Part shown: piece after piece, positions 1 through 12,190 of the stretch
Layout: each line of letters begins with the position of its first letter
Numbering within the stretch: position 1 is the stretch's first letter
Source: the human T2T-CHM13v2.0 reference genome, Homo sapiens
NCBI RefSeq assembly: GCF_009914755.1
Contig: NC_060929.1
DNA: 64,000 nt
Reading direction: 5' to 3' (one strand)
The notes under the pieces: model-generated
The model's input: only the letters and a program-made list of their open reading frames with translations
What the model was told of the DNA's origin: nothing
Database searches by the model: none
Program-made: the position numbers and the translations under genes

Positions 1-640
1 TGAAATATTTAATGGAAATCAGTATATTGAAGAGATACCTGCATTTCCATGTTTGTGGCACCACTGTTCACAATAGCTAAGATTTGGAAGCAACCTAAGT
101 GTCCAACGGATAAGTGGACAAAGAAAATGTGGTACATATACACAATGGGGTACTATTCAACCACAAAAATGATTGAGATACTGTCATTTGCAACAACACA
201 GATGGAACTGGAAATCATTATGTTAAGTGAAATAAGCAAAGCACAGAAAGACAAACATCACATGTTCTCACTTACTTGTGGGATCTAAAAATTAAAACAA
301 TTGAACTCATGGACGTAGAGAACAGAAGGTTGGTTACCAGGGGAAGGGGTGTGAAGGGGTTGAAGGGGAGGTAGGGATGGCTAATGAGTACAAAAAGTAG
401 TTAGAATAAGACAGCATTTGCTAGACAGGGAGACTATAGTCAACAATAATTTAATTGTACATTTTGAGATAACTAAAAGTGTAATTGGATTGTAGCACAA
501 AAAGGATAAATGCTCGAGGGGATAGATACCCCATTTTCCATGATATGATTATTATGCATTGCATGCCTGTATCAAAACATCTCATGTGCCCTATAAATAC
601 ATACATTTACTGTGTACCCACAAATTTAAAAATTAAAAAA
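1..640 (+). mobile_element. L1 3' end (ORF2 C-terminus plus 3'UTR), L1MA-like, cut by window start
   Basis: ORF 49-288 (MFVAPLFTIAKIWKQPKCP..KKMWYIYTM..ELEIIMLSEISKAQKDK) matches the L1 ORF2 C-terminus; followed by L1MA-type 3'UTR and an A-rich end near 620-640. Confidence 0.93.
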
Positions 641-714
641 ATTTAATGGTTTGAATAATTGAGGAATTGATGACACAAAGGGAAATAACAGCTATCATTT
701 ACAGAATAGTATGT

Positions 715-895
715 CCCAGCCCCAGTCAGACTTGACTTTAAATCCTGGCTGTAGCAGCAAATGACTCAATTATCCCAAACATCATCTGTAAAATGGGACT
801 AACAGCCATATATGTGCTAGGTCGTTGGGAGGCATAAATGTGGTATAGAAGGCTCTTGACACTGTTGGCACTCAATAAATACTGGCTGTTATTAT
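715..895 (+). mobile_element. MIR fragment
   Basis: catctgtaaaatggg core and cactcaataaata 3' end. Confidence 0.75.
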
Positions 896-1454
896 TTTTA
901 TTTTATTTTAAGTGATAAGCACTTTTTTATACTATCATATTTCATTCTTCCATCAAACCTGTGAGAAAAATACTGTTTTCATCTCTGTTTAAGAAGTGGA
1001 ACTGAATTTTGACCCCAATTTTTCCTGCCTCTGAATTTCATGTCCCTAATTACTATTCTGTCCTGCCTTCCTATCCTTTAATGTACCAACTGGGAAGACA
1101 CGAGTTCACTCACAGCCTGAGTTCCTGTTTCTGTGTGTGGGTGTGGTGGGGGGTAAGGCAGACCACTGGGAATGTGGGAATGGGGGAAGAAACCAAAGAA
1201 CCCCTTGCCTTTTGTGATTTAGTTATTTTTTTCCACACAGAGCAGTTCTGCAGAATCCCAACACTGGAGGCTTAGCTAACAAATGCAAATTACTGTGCAA
1301 CATAAGACCATTCTTCAGTTAGATCAAAGCCTTTGGCCTCGACCATCTAGATGGGGACCTGTGTCTGGTTCATCTCAAAGTGGTGATTCCTGACTCCAGG
1401 GTGATTGTGGCTACCTAGTCCTCTTCCCAGTCATGGGCAGCCAGGGAAGGATTT

Positions 1455-1820
1455 CATTCAACAGTTACATATCCCTTACACAGTTCTGGGCACTGTTCTA
1501 AGCACTTTACAAATGTTACCTCATTTAATCTTCTCGGCTCCCTTGAGGTAGACCATCATCTGTGCTTTCATCATAAATCCAAAATGCAGAAGCACCTGAA
1601 GGGTACGTACTGTCTTCCAAATACTGTTCTAAGTGTGTCAAATACAAAAGCCCACAAGGTAGATCCTATTATTATTATTATCATTCCTATTTCACAAGTG
1701 AGGAGACCTAAGTATGGGAAGATGAAGAAGCTTGCCCCAATGTCACCCAGATAGTAACTGATAGTTCTGAGATTTGAACCCAAGCAGTCTGGCCTTAGAA
1801 ACCACACTTGTCTACTAACT
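1455..1820 (-). mobile_element. MIR fragments (two adjacent)
   Basis: ggcactgttctaagcactttaca..tcatttaatc and cttgccccaatgtcacccag..gatttgaacccaagcagtctg. Confidence 0.75.
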
Positions 1821-1999
1821 ACCCCAGCTGTCAGCACCCATTCCTCCATTTCTTAAAAATAGTTAACTCTTTTTGGTTTGTGAAACTTTAAGAAAATACA
1901 GTAGCTCTGCTTAATGTGAATGTGTTGATTCTCAAACTCATTGACTGAATTTTCTAGAATAGTTAGATAACTAAGAAAGCAGGAAGCACTGAAGCGTGT

Positions 2000-2190
2000 T
2001 GAGTTTGGACTTAGACAGTTATGAGCCACCTACTAGCTGTATGCTCTTGGACGAGTTATGTTACTTCTTTAAATCTCAGTTTATTCATCAGTGAAATGGA
2101 ATAATATGCTTACCTCATGGGGTGCGGTGAGGATTCAATGAGAAAACCATATGAAGACCTCAGACAGTGCCTAGAGAATGAGGAAACACA
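2000..2190 (+). mobile_element. MIR
   Basis: ctactagctgt..tctcagtttattcatcagtgaaatgg..gtgaggattcaatgag..acagtgcct. Confidence 0.8.
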
Positions 2191-2289
2191 CCAATAATTA
2201 GATTTTAAAAAATTATTATAGACAATTATTTTGCCATAATAGGGATTGTCTTAGTGCAGGTATCCTATTAAACATGCTCTATGAGCATC

Positions 2290-2596
<307 letters not shown>

Positions 2597-3676
2597 TATG
2601 AGCACCATTTTTTAATCACCTTCATTTTGTAATTAATGACTGGATTGTTTTATCTGATGAATGACAGTCTCTTTCACTGAACTATAAACTTCACTGGACT
2701 GTGAACACCATGTATGTATTTATATCATCCAGTCTTCATGCCAGGGCCTTATTTGGTACCTGGGTGTCCCGAGGGAATATTTTGTGTTCCGTAATGAACA
2801 AAGATTGGACATTTTACAATATAAAACATTTTAAGGATAACTCTGGATATAGGAACATTAGTTTACAAAATCAAATTGGGGATTAATTCTGTGCCATTTG
2901 GAATCAATATCATCTGATGGGTGTTTTTCTGCTCCAGGTTTGGTTCTGGACTGACTGGATTTTACATCAGTGTCTCTCAGACCACATCTTCCCCCTATTT
3001 GCATTTGACCTTCCTCTTTGTCTGGGGGACCCCATCTGAAAAGTCCCCCCCAGCAGTGGCCCATGCTGTATTTCACCAAAAAAGATCTGTATTTAGAAGG
3101 AACATTTACACGTTATTGGTGTCTCTCTGAGAGCGTAAGGTGCTTACCATATAGCTTGGCACAGTTTTCATTAAAGAGAAGAACAAAGAGAGGCAAAACA
3201 TGAGGAAATTACTAAATTCCAACATGAAACTGAGAAGATATGCCCCTACACTTGCCCTCATAAACATTAAGCATTTTTTTATGGTGACATTTTTAGCCCA
3301 TTCTGAAATGTATTGATTTGTTTCCTGTGAGTCATTGTCTGTTTCTGCTTTCTATGTTAAAAAACATATTAAATATCAATGTGATGATATAAATATATAC
3401 GTGTGGGTGGATGGGCGGGTGAAAGGAATTTTCTTTCAAATTCTAAGAAGGGAAATAGCTTTTTCATAGGTTCCCACATCATCCATCAACTCATCACATC
3501 CTCAGTCTACTGCATTTCCCCCCTCGACACAAAACTGAATAATCACTCTGGTTTTAAAGCTTGAGAGAAAAAGTTTCAGAAGGTTCTGGAGATGGCCTGT
3601 TATTTGGGAGACAGCTGAAGTTTTTGTAGCTCTAATTCTGGGTTGAGGGGACGTCCAGCCGCTATCTCCATTTTGA

Positions 3677-3690
3677 GCAGTAGAGGGCAG
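3677..3690 (+). promoter_or_regulatory. Candidate CTCF motif
   Basis: GCAGTAGAGGGCAG matches 13/14 of CCASYAGRKGGCRS; several retained CpGs at 3650-3725. Confidence 0.45.
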
Positions 3691-4089
3691 ACGTCTCCAC
3701 TCCCGCCTGCCCAAGATCACCCCGGCAACTTTATGTTTATGCAAACAGCCTTTGACATAATAGCTTTGAAACAGCTGAAAATTGAATTGTGCCTTGAGGC
3801 CAAACATCTAGACCACCACCTTTGTTATATTCATCTGCCACAGTAAATTGGGTTCACCATTGGCTCTGGGAGCTGCTTTTTCCTCGATTCTAGTCCCACA
3901 TAACTTTGCGCAGGAGAAAGACAAATGCGACTTCCTCACACAAAACGTTGGCAGGGTTTCATTTCACAAACTCTTATCTGAGGGGCTGGAGATTGCTGTG
4001 TGGATTTCTCCAGCCAACTGAAGAAAATAAAGGGGAAACTGGAAAGCTAAACCAAATCCATCTAATTCTGGAATATCTCTGTGGGTTTC

Positions 4090-4480
4090 CATAGCTTTTT
4101 AGCTTCTCCACTTAATCTAATTAGGACTTTGCCTCCCGAAATAAATACCTAATAAAGAATGAACCTATTAAAAGACTAAATTTACTACACACACGTTTGT
4201 GCGAACCCTCTGCCTGTTTCCTTGAAGCGGTAATGCCGATGAAATTGAACGTTGTTTGACTGGGTAATGGTCTCCCGCTGTAAGACGGATTATAGAAAAT
4301 AAACATGGATGGGGGGGTGGGGGGCGGGGAAGCCAGCCGCTTTATTGAATTCCGCTGATGATAATGCCATCACCTGAAATCGCTGCCTGAAAAGAGTGTC
4401 AATGGGGGAGAAGCAGCAGCAGCAGCCAGAGCCAATTTGCAACTGGGTAACAGTTCATTTTAGAAGTAATTTTATTCTGT
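4090..4480. promoter_or_regulatory. Candidate conserved non-coding enhancer
   Basis: Repeat-free; about 12 CpGs in about 250 bp; TAATCTAATTAG, GGATTA, CTTTATTG, TGTCA motifs and a GC-box/G-tract at 4311-4329. Confidence 0.5.
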
Positions 4481-4589
4481 TTTGGGTTCACTGCCCTGGT
4501 TTGGGGGGTTAACAGAAAGTAGATTTTTAAAAGAAATCTGATTGTGGGCCTCATGGATGCTTTTCAAAGGAGGGCATTTAGGCATTGAC

Positions 4590-4830
4590 TAATTGATTGG
4601 TTCATTTGTTTATCAATAAATATTTCATAAAGGCCTACTCTGTGTGAGGCGCTAGTTAGGAGCTGGGGATTTGATAATGAGCAAAGCAGGTTTGCCATCA
4701 CTCTACTAAAACTTAGAGTCAGCGCAGGAGGTAGAATTCATTAGCAAATATTTATTAAGCACTCACTTTGGATCAGGCTTATAATCAGAAAATAACTATA
4801 CAATTACAACCTGGATGAGTATTATGAAGG
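4590..4830 (-). mobile_element. L2 3' end fragment(s)
   Basis: tcatttgtttatcaataaatattt..ggcctactctgtgtgaggcgct..gctgggga. Confidence 0.7.
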
Positions 4831-4959
4831 CTCGGCAGTGAGGTTGCTGGACTGGATGTCCACTATTTCTTTGAAGAACAGTTTTAAGGAAAATCATGTA
4901 ATATCAAACAGACCCTCAGATCAGTATGGAGGTCAGAAGATTACAGAGTTTATTAGCAT

Positions 4960-5130
4960 GTTTGTGAGTTCACTTAATGGGTTCAAATTCAATTACCAAA
5001 CTTCTCTGGACCTCAGTTTCCTTATCTTGATAGAAGTTTCTAGTAATTCCTGTCCAATTTGCCCAATAGGATTGACGTTTGAGTAAAATGAGAGACTAGG
5101 CATGAAAGTGCTTTGTAGTTGTTGAAAATA
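4960..5130 (+). mobile_element. MIR fragment
   Basis: gggttcaaattc..ctcagtttccttatct..catgaaagtgctttgta. Confidence 0.65.
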
Positions 5131-5547
5131 AGAGAAATTATTATTAACGGCACGTGCTCTTCTAGGGTGTACCCACAGGATCTTACAATATTCTTGGGTA
5201 GACAAGAGGAATACAGGTTGATCAATGGTGAGTAATTCAAACAGTTTAGGGAAAGTGGTAAAGTATATGGCACAGAAGATATGTTGAATGAGGTCAGGGA
5301 GAAGTCAGGCCTGGAAAAATGGATGGGGTTTAGAAAGAGAAGAGCAGAAGTCTGAAGCCAGTTTGCATTTGGGGCTCATGGGATGCTGGTGTTCACACTG
5401 GCAGTTGGAACACACAGCTCAAGTTTAGAGTGGTGCCACAGGCACCGCCTATGATGGGAACTGATGGGAACATTCACATTTTACCCCACTTTCCTGAAAA
5501 GACAATGCTTAAAACCAGAACTTCTTAAACCTGTGTAATATATGGAC

Positions 5548-6079
5548 TTTTTTTTTCTTTTTCTTTTTATTCGACACATAATTATTGTACATATCTATGG
5601 GATAGAGAGTGATATTTTCACACATGTATACAATGTATAATGATCAAATCAGGGTAATTAGCATAGTCATCATCTCAAACATTTATCATTTGTGTTGTGA
5701 ACATTCAGAATCCTCTCTTCCAGTTTTCTTAAAATATACACTAAATTATAGCTAACCGCATTCACCCTATATTGTAGCAGAATATGGAAACTCTTTCCTT
5801 CTATGCAGTTTTGTGTCTATTAACTAGCATCTCCCTATCCTCCCCTCTCCCCCTCCTTCCCAGCCTCTAAAAACCACAGTTCTACTCTCTGCTTCTATAA
5901 GCATATTTTTAAAAAGTTTCCATGTAGGAGGGAGAACATGTGGTATTTGTCTTCTCGTGCCTGACACTTCACTTAACATATTGTCCGCTAGGCTCATACA
6001 TGTTGCCACAAATAACAGGATTTTATTCTTTTTTATGGCTAAATTGTATTCCACTCTCTGTATATACCATATTTTCTTT
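5548..6079 (-). mobile_element. 5'-truncated L1MA (L1MA5-7-like) 3' end
   Basis: Poly-T at 5548, L1MA 3'UTR (tgtataatgatcaaatcagggtaattagcata), and ORF2 tail peptide KIWYIQRVEYNLAIKKNKILLFVATCMSL..MLSEV in ORF 5824-6174. Confidence 0.93.
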
Positions 6080-7132
6080 CTTTTTCCTTTTTTTGAGGTT
6101 GGAAATGGAAACATTTTATTGTGGGATATACATACCACTATTACTGTTATGAAGACTTTTTTACGTAGTGACACCTTGTATTATGGAATCTATATAGTTC
6201 TATACTATAATCAAGACATTTATACAAAGTGACACTTTGAGATATGGTTGGCCCCTTTAGCTGGATACCAATGAAGACTGGCATCCACACATTCACAGGC
6301 ATGTTTATTCTTCATCCTAGTGTTAGGGTTTCTGTTTATTCCGCTTGTACTTCCCTTGGCAGACAGCGATTACATTTTACCTCAGCACCATCTTGTCAGT
6401 GCCAAAGAACTTGCATTTGCCAAGGAATCAATCTCCTGGGATGCAATGTCATGAAGTGGAATGGTATAGTCTATTCGATAAAGTCATCATTTTTTTGCAT
6501 TTCCTTGACAGTTTAATTTTTACCACTTTTATATCACGTGTTTTCACCAGAATTTTGCCATGTTACATAACCACAGGCAACCCAGGCTAAATGTTGACCT
6601 GGCTTCATGTTTTGGAGATACATTTCTCAAAATGTCTGGAATATTTTGTGCTTCTAGTGATTCCTTCATGGACTTGAGTTTTTGATCAGATGTGTTGTTT
6701 TCTTTATCTGGGCTCTTTCCATTTCTCCTTCACATGTGATGTTGATTTCTGGTACAGTATCTTGTCCCACTGCAGGGTAAGGCGATTCAGCTATGCAGTT
6801 CACTGCAATTTGTTTTAGAATAACTTATTCCACAGAACATTTGAGGTGATACTTATGTCCTTTTCCTGGGATATCCTCCGTGCTGGTTTGTTTGACTGTC
6901 TCCCTCAGAAATACCTTGTGGGGTGTCCCTTGCTGGTAGTTGAGGCAGATCACTGCCACCGAGGCTGCCTTGGAGGCTGGGTCATGGGTTCATGAAATTT
7001 CTATTCTTGGTTAGCAGTGACCATGAGTCTGCTCAGGCTTAAGGGGACCAGTAGCCTCCTACCCTGCTTGCTCCCAGGTTGCTGAGGCAGAAAAACTGTC
7101 ATGCCTGGCTTGGGCTGGGTGTGGGAAGGATC
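6080..7132 (-). pseudogene. LXN: Processed pseudogene of latexin (carboxypeptidase A inhibitor): 5'UTR, CDS-equivalent 7004->6336, 3'UTR and poly(A)
   Basis: Manual minus-strand translation gives [120 protein letters not shown], colinear with the 222-aa latexin. The span is 669 nt with no introns, ATG->ATA, 4 stops and 6 single-base indels. AATAAA at 6120-6115 and an A-tail at 6094-6072. Confidence 0.95.
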
Positions 7133-8096
7133 ACCCTTTTTTGTTTTGTTTTGTTTTTAAATATATGGCCCCTTTTTAAAGGAAAAGTATTATCTCGACT
7201 CCAGAGAAGACAACTGCCTCTTAGTTAAGAAACTTTCCACTGCAAATTGTCAGTGCTAAGGAGAAGTTTTGGCGTTACAGTCGCTGGAACTTTTTCTTTT
7301 CCTCCTTTTAAAATTATCGCTGAAGTAAGAATACATGATGAAAAAATCTTCTTGAAACTCTCAGGTCCTGGAGAAAGTGTATACAGAGTCCTCAGGACAA
7401 ACATGGGGCTCAGTGTGAGAAGCACCACCTTAAACAAAGGCAAGTTTATGCATGTGATTTTAGAGTGCTGTTTCCGGTCCTCTGGAGAGAGATTTTGGGC
7501 CTTTCACGGTCTTTTAAATTAAGCACTGCAGCAGTCTCCCTACACACAGGGTCTCAGTTCCCCACTCACTTCCCCATTTCTCCATTATGTTTCTTTAGAC
7601 AGCCAAGCAGCAATTTCTTTGATGACTGATGCTGGTGCCCCTCACTGGCCCTCATCCTATCTCCTTGTGACGACTCTTACTGAAGATGGACCTCAACCCC
7701 CGTTGAGAGGCGTGGTGGTGCCAGATTCACAGACCTGTTTTATATTTTGCCAAAAGAGAACTAGCTCATTTAGAAGGCTCCTGTGCTGTCTCAGAGGGTT
7801 GCCTCCACTGTCTGCCTCAGGCTTAACTAACATCCCCCCAAGCTTCATGGAGAAATCCAGTAAGAAGAGACGGCCATTTTGAGAAAATTATTTAGATTCT
7901 GGGCATGGAATCGGTAAGCTCAAGAGAGCATCTTCATCTTTGTGCGATTTTGATTGTGGCAAACCATTCTTGCTCATGCCTTAGAATGTGTTTATCTTGG
8001 GCATCAGGAGAAGAAAAAGTGATAGAAACAGGCAAAGGTAGATCATAAAAAACAAAGGAAAAGAAGAGGTACACAACACGGTAGAAAAGAGATCAA

Positions 8097-8383
8097 GCCT
8101 GTAATCTCATCACTGCAGGTGGAGGTGGGAGGATTGTCTGAGCCAAGGAGTTCCAGACCAGCCTGGGCAGCATGGTGAAATCCCATCTTTACAAAAAAAA
8201 AAAAAAAAAAAAAAAAATAGCTGGATGTGGCGGTGCAGGTCTGTGGTCCCAGCTACTTGGGAGGTGGGAGGATCACTTGAGCCTAGTAGGTCAAGCTGCA
8301 GTGAGCTGAGACTGCATCACTGCACTCCAGCCTGGGTGACAAAGCAAGAGACCCTGTCTCAAAAAAAAAAAAAAGAAGAAGAA
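8097..8383 (+). mobile_element. AluJ, slightly 5'-truncated, with an expanded A-rich linker
   Basis: ggaggatcacttgagcc..ggtcaagctgcagtgagc..gaccctgtctcaaaa (AluJ diagnostics). Confidence 0.93.
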
Positions 8384-9221
8384 AGATATATCCACATGGT
8401 GCCATCAAAGACTTTGAGCAGTGGGACTAGTATGTTGGGCACCTACTGTCCACCAGCTGATTAACAGTGTACTCTGCAGTGTAATGGGGAGGAATCTTCA
8501 CCCAAAAAATCAGCTATGTAATTCAACTGTAAGTCCTGCATTCCGATGGCTAGAGGAAAACATGACCCTCTGGGAGTTTAACTTTCCCTGCTGTGCCCCA
8601 CCCCCTCACCTCCAACAGGGATTTCCCAAGATTCTAGACTTTTTCTTAGAGTCAGCTAGAAGTGTCCCCATTGGTTCATAGAGGTCAGCTCTCACTGCTT
8701 CTGTTGGCCCTTTAGTTGCTGGTTCTTGGGGTTTAGGACTCTTTGGGAGTCCCTGCATCCTGGGTTAAGACTCCCTTAGCCTGCCAGATATTTAGCCCGT
8801 GAGCTTTGCTGTTGGTGTTGCCAAAATGTCATCTCTTTCTGCTTACAAAAACTTTCCTCTTTCCTGATCACTCTCTTATTACCCTCAAACGCACACCTTC
8901 TCCTTCCCGTTGAGTCTCCTGCTCCAATCTCTTCAAAGTGCTGAGGCTTTACAAAAGTTGGAAAGAACCATTGACTTAAGCAGCTTGTGCTTTCTATCCT
9001 GCAAAACACCCTCAGGCAAGGAGTTATTAAGGGTCACAATACATATTTGGGAAAGAGAAATAGGGAAAAATAAAGCAGAATACTAATTAATATCTTAAAA
9101 ATTTTCCTGCCTGGTGATACTACTCACATCCTGCAGGTCTAAACCTACCTTCGGGACCCTTTTAGAATATGATGAGAGGGTTTGAATATTTGTCTGATTT
9201 TCTTGCAGCTCATTAAAAAAT

Positions 9222-10370
9222 ATCTTTTGAATAGGTAGTACATGCCCATGGTTCAGAATTCAAAAAGTACAAATACATATATAGTAGAAAGTCTCTCTCC
9301 CACCCTTATTCCCCAACCACTCATTTCTCTCCACAGGTGACCACTATTATCTGTTTCTCAATTTTTCTGCCAGAAATATTTCCTGATACATAATCATATA
9401 TGAATATATCATTTTGCACCTGTTTGGCTTAATATATATATTTGAACTTTTGTCTACATAATTACATAGAGCTACCTCTTTAATTTTAGTAACTTTGTAA
9501 TATATTCTATTATATATATTTACCATAATTTTTTTTTTTTTTACCAGCCCTCTGTTGATAGACATTCAGATTGTTTCATCTTTTCTGTGAAAAGCAGTGA
9601 TACAATGGTAATCCCGGCTATTGTACACATGTGTAGGTAAATTTCAGCATGAATCATTAGAAGTTTAGGTATTGGGTTAAAGGATATGTGCATTTTAAAT
9701 TTTGATAAATATTGCCAGATTGCCTTTCTCAGAGATTAAATCAATTTACATTTCCATCAATAAGGTATAAGAATACCTATTTTCTCCACCTTCAATACAA
9801 GTGGCTACAAGTTTTTTTTTGGTCTTTGTCAATCTGATCAGTGAAAGATGGTATTTCAGTATAGTTTTGAATGTTCATTTCTCTTATTATAAGGAAATTG
9901 AGTAAATTTAATATGTCCATAAGCCGCTTTAGTTACTTGTGAAGAATCTATGTCCTTGGCAATTTTTCCTTCTGTAGTTGGGCTTTTTCTTATTGATTTT
10001 TAGGAACTCTTTGTATATTAATAAAAATACCCTTTGATCTATAATATGCATTGCCACCTAGTTTCCTCCAGTTTGTTATTTATCTTTGTTTCTTCTTCCA
10101 GTATTTTCTTTTATGTAGAATTTTGTGGGGTAAAATTCATCTTTACTTCATTCTGGCATCTGAATTTTGTGTTACACACAGACATACTTTCTCCATGATA
10201 AAATTATAACATTTCCCCCCAAGTTTTCTACTAGAACCTTTATGGCCACATATTTTCTGGTTTAATCTTTGATTAATCTGAACTACTTTTAGGTATAGGG
10301 AGTGATTTGGGAATTAAACATTATTTATTTTCCCAGACGATTACTTAGTTTTCCCAATGCCATTTTACTC
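9222..10370 (-). mobile_element. Old L1ME-type 3' fragment
   Basis: aattcaaaaagtaca..gaaagtctc; aaggatatgtgcattttaaattttgataaatattgccagattgc; tttcccaatgccattt. Confidence 0.85.
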
Positions 10371-11319
10371 ATTTTGCAGTTCTTTAAAAATTTTTTGCAT
10401 GTATGTTTTTTCTGAATTCTGCTTCTAGAGTCTGAGTGGGCATAGTTGGTAGGTAGTATGAATATCCCGGGCACACAAGTAATGAATGGCTGCCATTGAA
10501 GAGTCTAGAAATGAGTCTCATGGGCAGGGGCAGGGGAGGAGTCTATTTTCACTTCGTAACCCCTTTCATGGACGTTTACAGCCTTGAGAAGAATGGGTTG
10601 GCTTTAGATTTAACACCCTTGGGGCTAAACCTTGGCAGCAAAGGAAAACCTAGTTAGAATTGATAGTAAATAAGGTATAACGAGCCCATGTTAAATATAT
10701 ACTTTGCTATCATGTGGGAAGACCATTTGGTTTATAATGGCCTTTTTTTCCTACCATAAATTATTTCCCAATATTTCTAAAGGAATTTTTTTTTCACAAA
10801 AATATCTCAGAGAGGTGATTTTTATCTCTGGAGGCACTCATTCTGAACTGTTTCCTTTTTGTTTTTCTCCATAGAGTGATTTACTAGTTGCATTTTTTCC
10901 ATAGTCGTCTCTGTTATACTGAAATCCTTTGTCCTATGTCACAGTCACAAATCATTTATCTTGGTTATTTTGGGGAAAAAGATACTTTCCAATAAGACAC
11001 TATCATTCCACTGGACACTCCCCACATTGCCCTTGTCTCTCCCCGAGCCTATGTCTTCTTGAGACTCTTGGATCATCAATCAATTTCTGACTGGCCAGGT
11101 TATTGAGGCAAACCTTCTCCTGGTATTTTTGGTTGGGTTGAGCAGGCATTTGGCACTGTGTGGACACAGTAAAAGCATCTCTCAACAGATAATAATCAGA
11201 TCTTCAGGAAGAATGCCTTGCTCTTAAGTCTTTAGATGAAAATATGTGTGACAAGGGAACCATCTGAGATAAATATTTGTTAGGAACTCTCACTTGGGAA
11301 GAGTGCATACTCTTGAAGT

Positions 11320-11502
11320 CAGTGGTTGTAAAAATGAATGAGTAGGAAAAGCACCCGGGGAACTTGTTAACCAGGCAGAGTGCTGGACTCCACCCTTGGG
11401 GTTTATGCAGTCTTAAGTCTTGGATAATTCCTAGGCATTTTTATGTGAACAAACTCCTCAGATGATTTTGATGTAAATTGTCCACAGAGGATACTTTGAG
11501 GT
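11320..11502. mobile_element. MER5-family (hAT-Charlie) element
   Basis: cagtggtt..cacccggggaacttgttaa..aacaaactcctcagatgattttgatg..actttgag. Confidence 0.7.
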
Positions 11503-11809
11503 TCTCAATGAAAAGACTTTTATTTGGCAGTGCCCGTTTTCAGCAGAAGTAGAGTGAAGACCAGATTGGACTTTGGAGTTGCTCCTTTGTGCTCTGTGCA
11601 TGCTCTCTTCTTGGTCTGGGGTCTCCTTTTGCCCTCAGTTGTACATCCTCACCCCAAATACCTTAGGCCACTACTTGGCAGTTTGTCTTTGGGCCTCTGA
11701 TGCTTGCCATGGCCCTTCTCCTGATGAATGTGGACTGCCTTGTTTTTCAACACCTGAGAGCCCAGATAAGAATCTGAATGGTTAATTCTAGTGAACGCAT
11801 CATTTCATA

Positions 11810-12190
11810 TGTAATCAGTATTCTTTGAGTCCCCAACATGTGTTAAAATAATTATCCTTCATGTCTGTTTGCTAGGTGCTGGGGATAAGAAGATGAAGCA
11901 TATAGCTTCTACCTTAAAGGTAGTCATGGTCTGGAGCTGGGATTTGCAAACTTTAAAATAAAGGCTAAAATTATAAAGCTTTGTGAGCTATATGGTTCTC
12001 TGTTATAACTACTAAACTCTACCACACAAGTGTGAAAGCAACCATAAAAATATGTAGACAAATGAGTATGGCTGTGTTCCAGTAAAATTTTATTTACAAA
12101 AATGGGTGGTGGATCGCTAGGGTGTGGGTAAGCAATCAGTTACATACATTGTGATAAAGTTGGAATAAAGGCCAGGACCAAGGGTAGCTA
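11810..12190 (-). mobile_element. L2 fragment interrupted by MER58A
   Basis: tgctaggtgctggggataaga..tctaccttaaagg..gtctggag before the insertion; weak continuation after 12120. Confidence 0.55.
11937..12118 (+). mobile_element. MER58A (hAT-Charlie)
   Basis: gcaaacttt..ctttgtgagctatatgg..aatgagtatggctgtgttccagtaaaattttatttacaaaa. Confidence 0.85.

Noticed and set aside
49-288. ORFs resembling L1 ORF2 C-terminus (also 5824-6174, 13536-13790, 15923-16345)
   Set aside because: Fragments of dead, truncated L1 copies rather than genes
6244-6590. Plus-strand ORFs overlapping the LXN retrocopy
   Set aside because: Antisense shadows of the pseudogene; no independent coding signal
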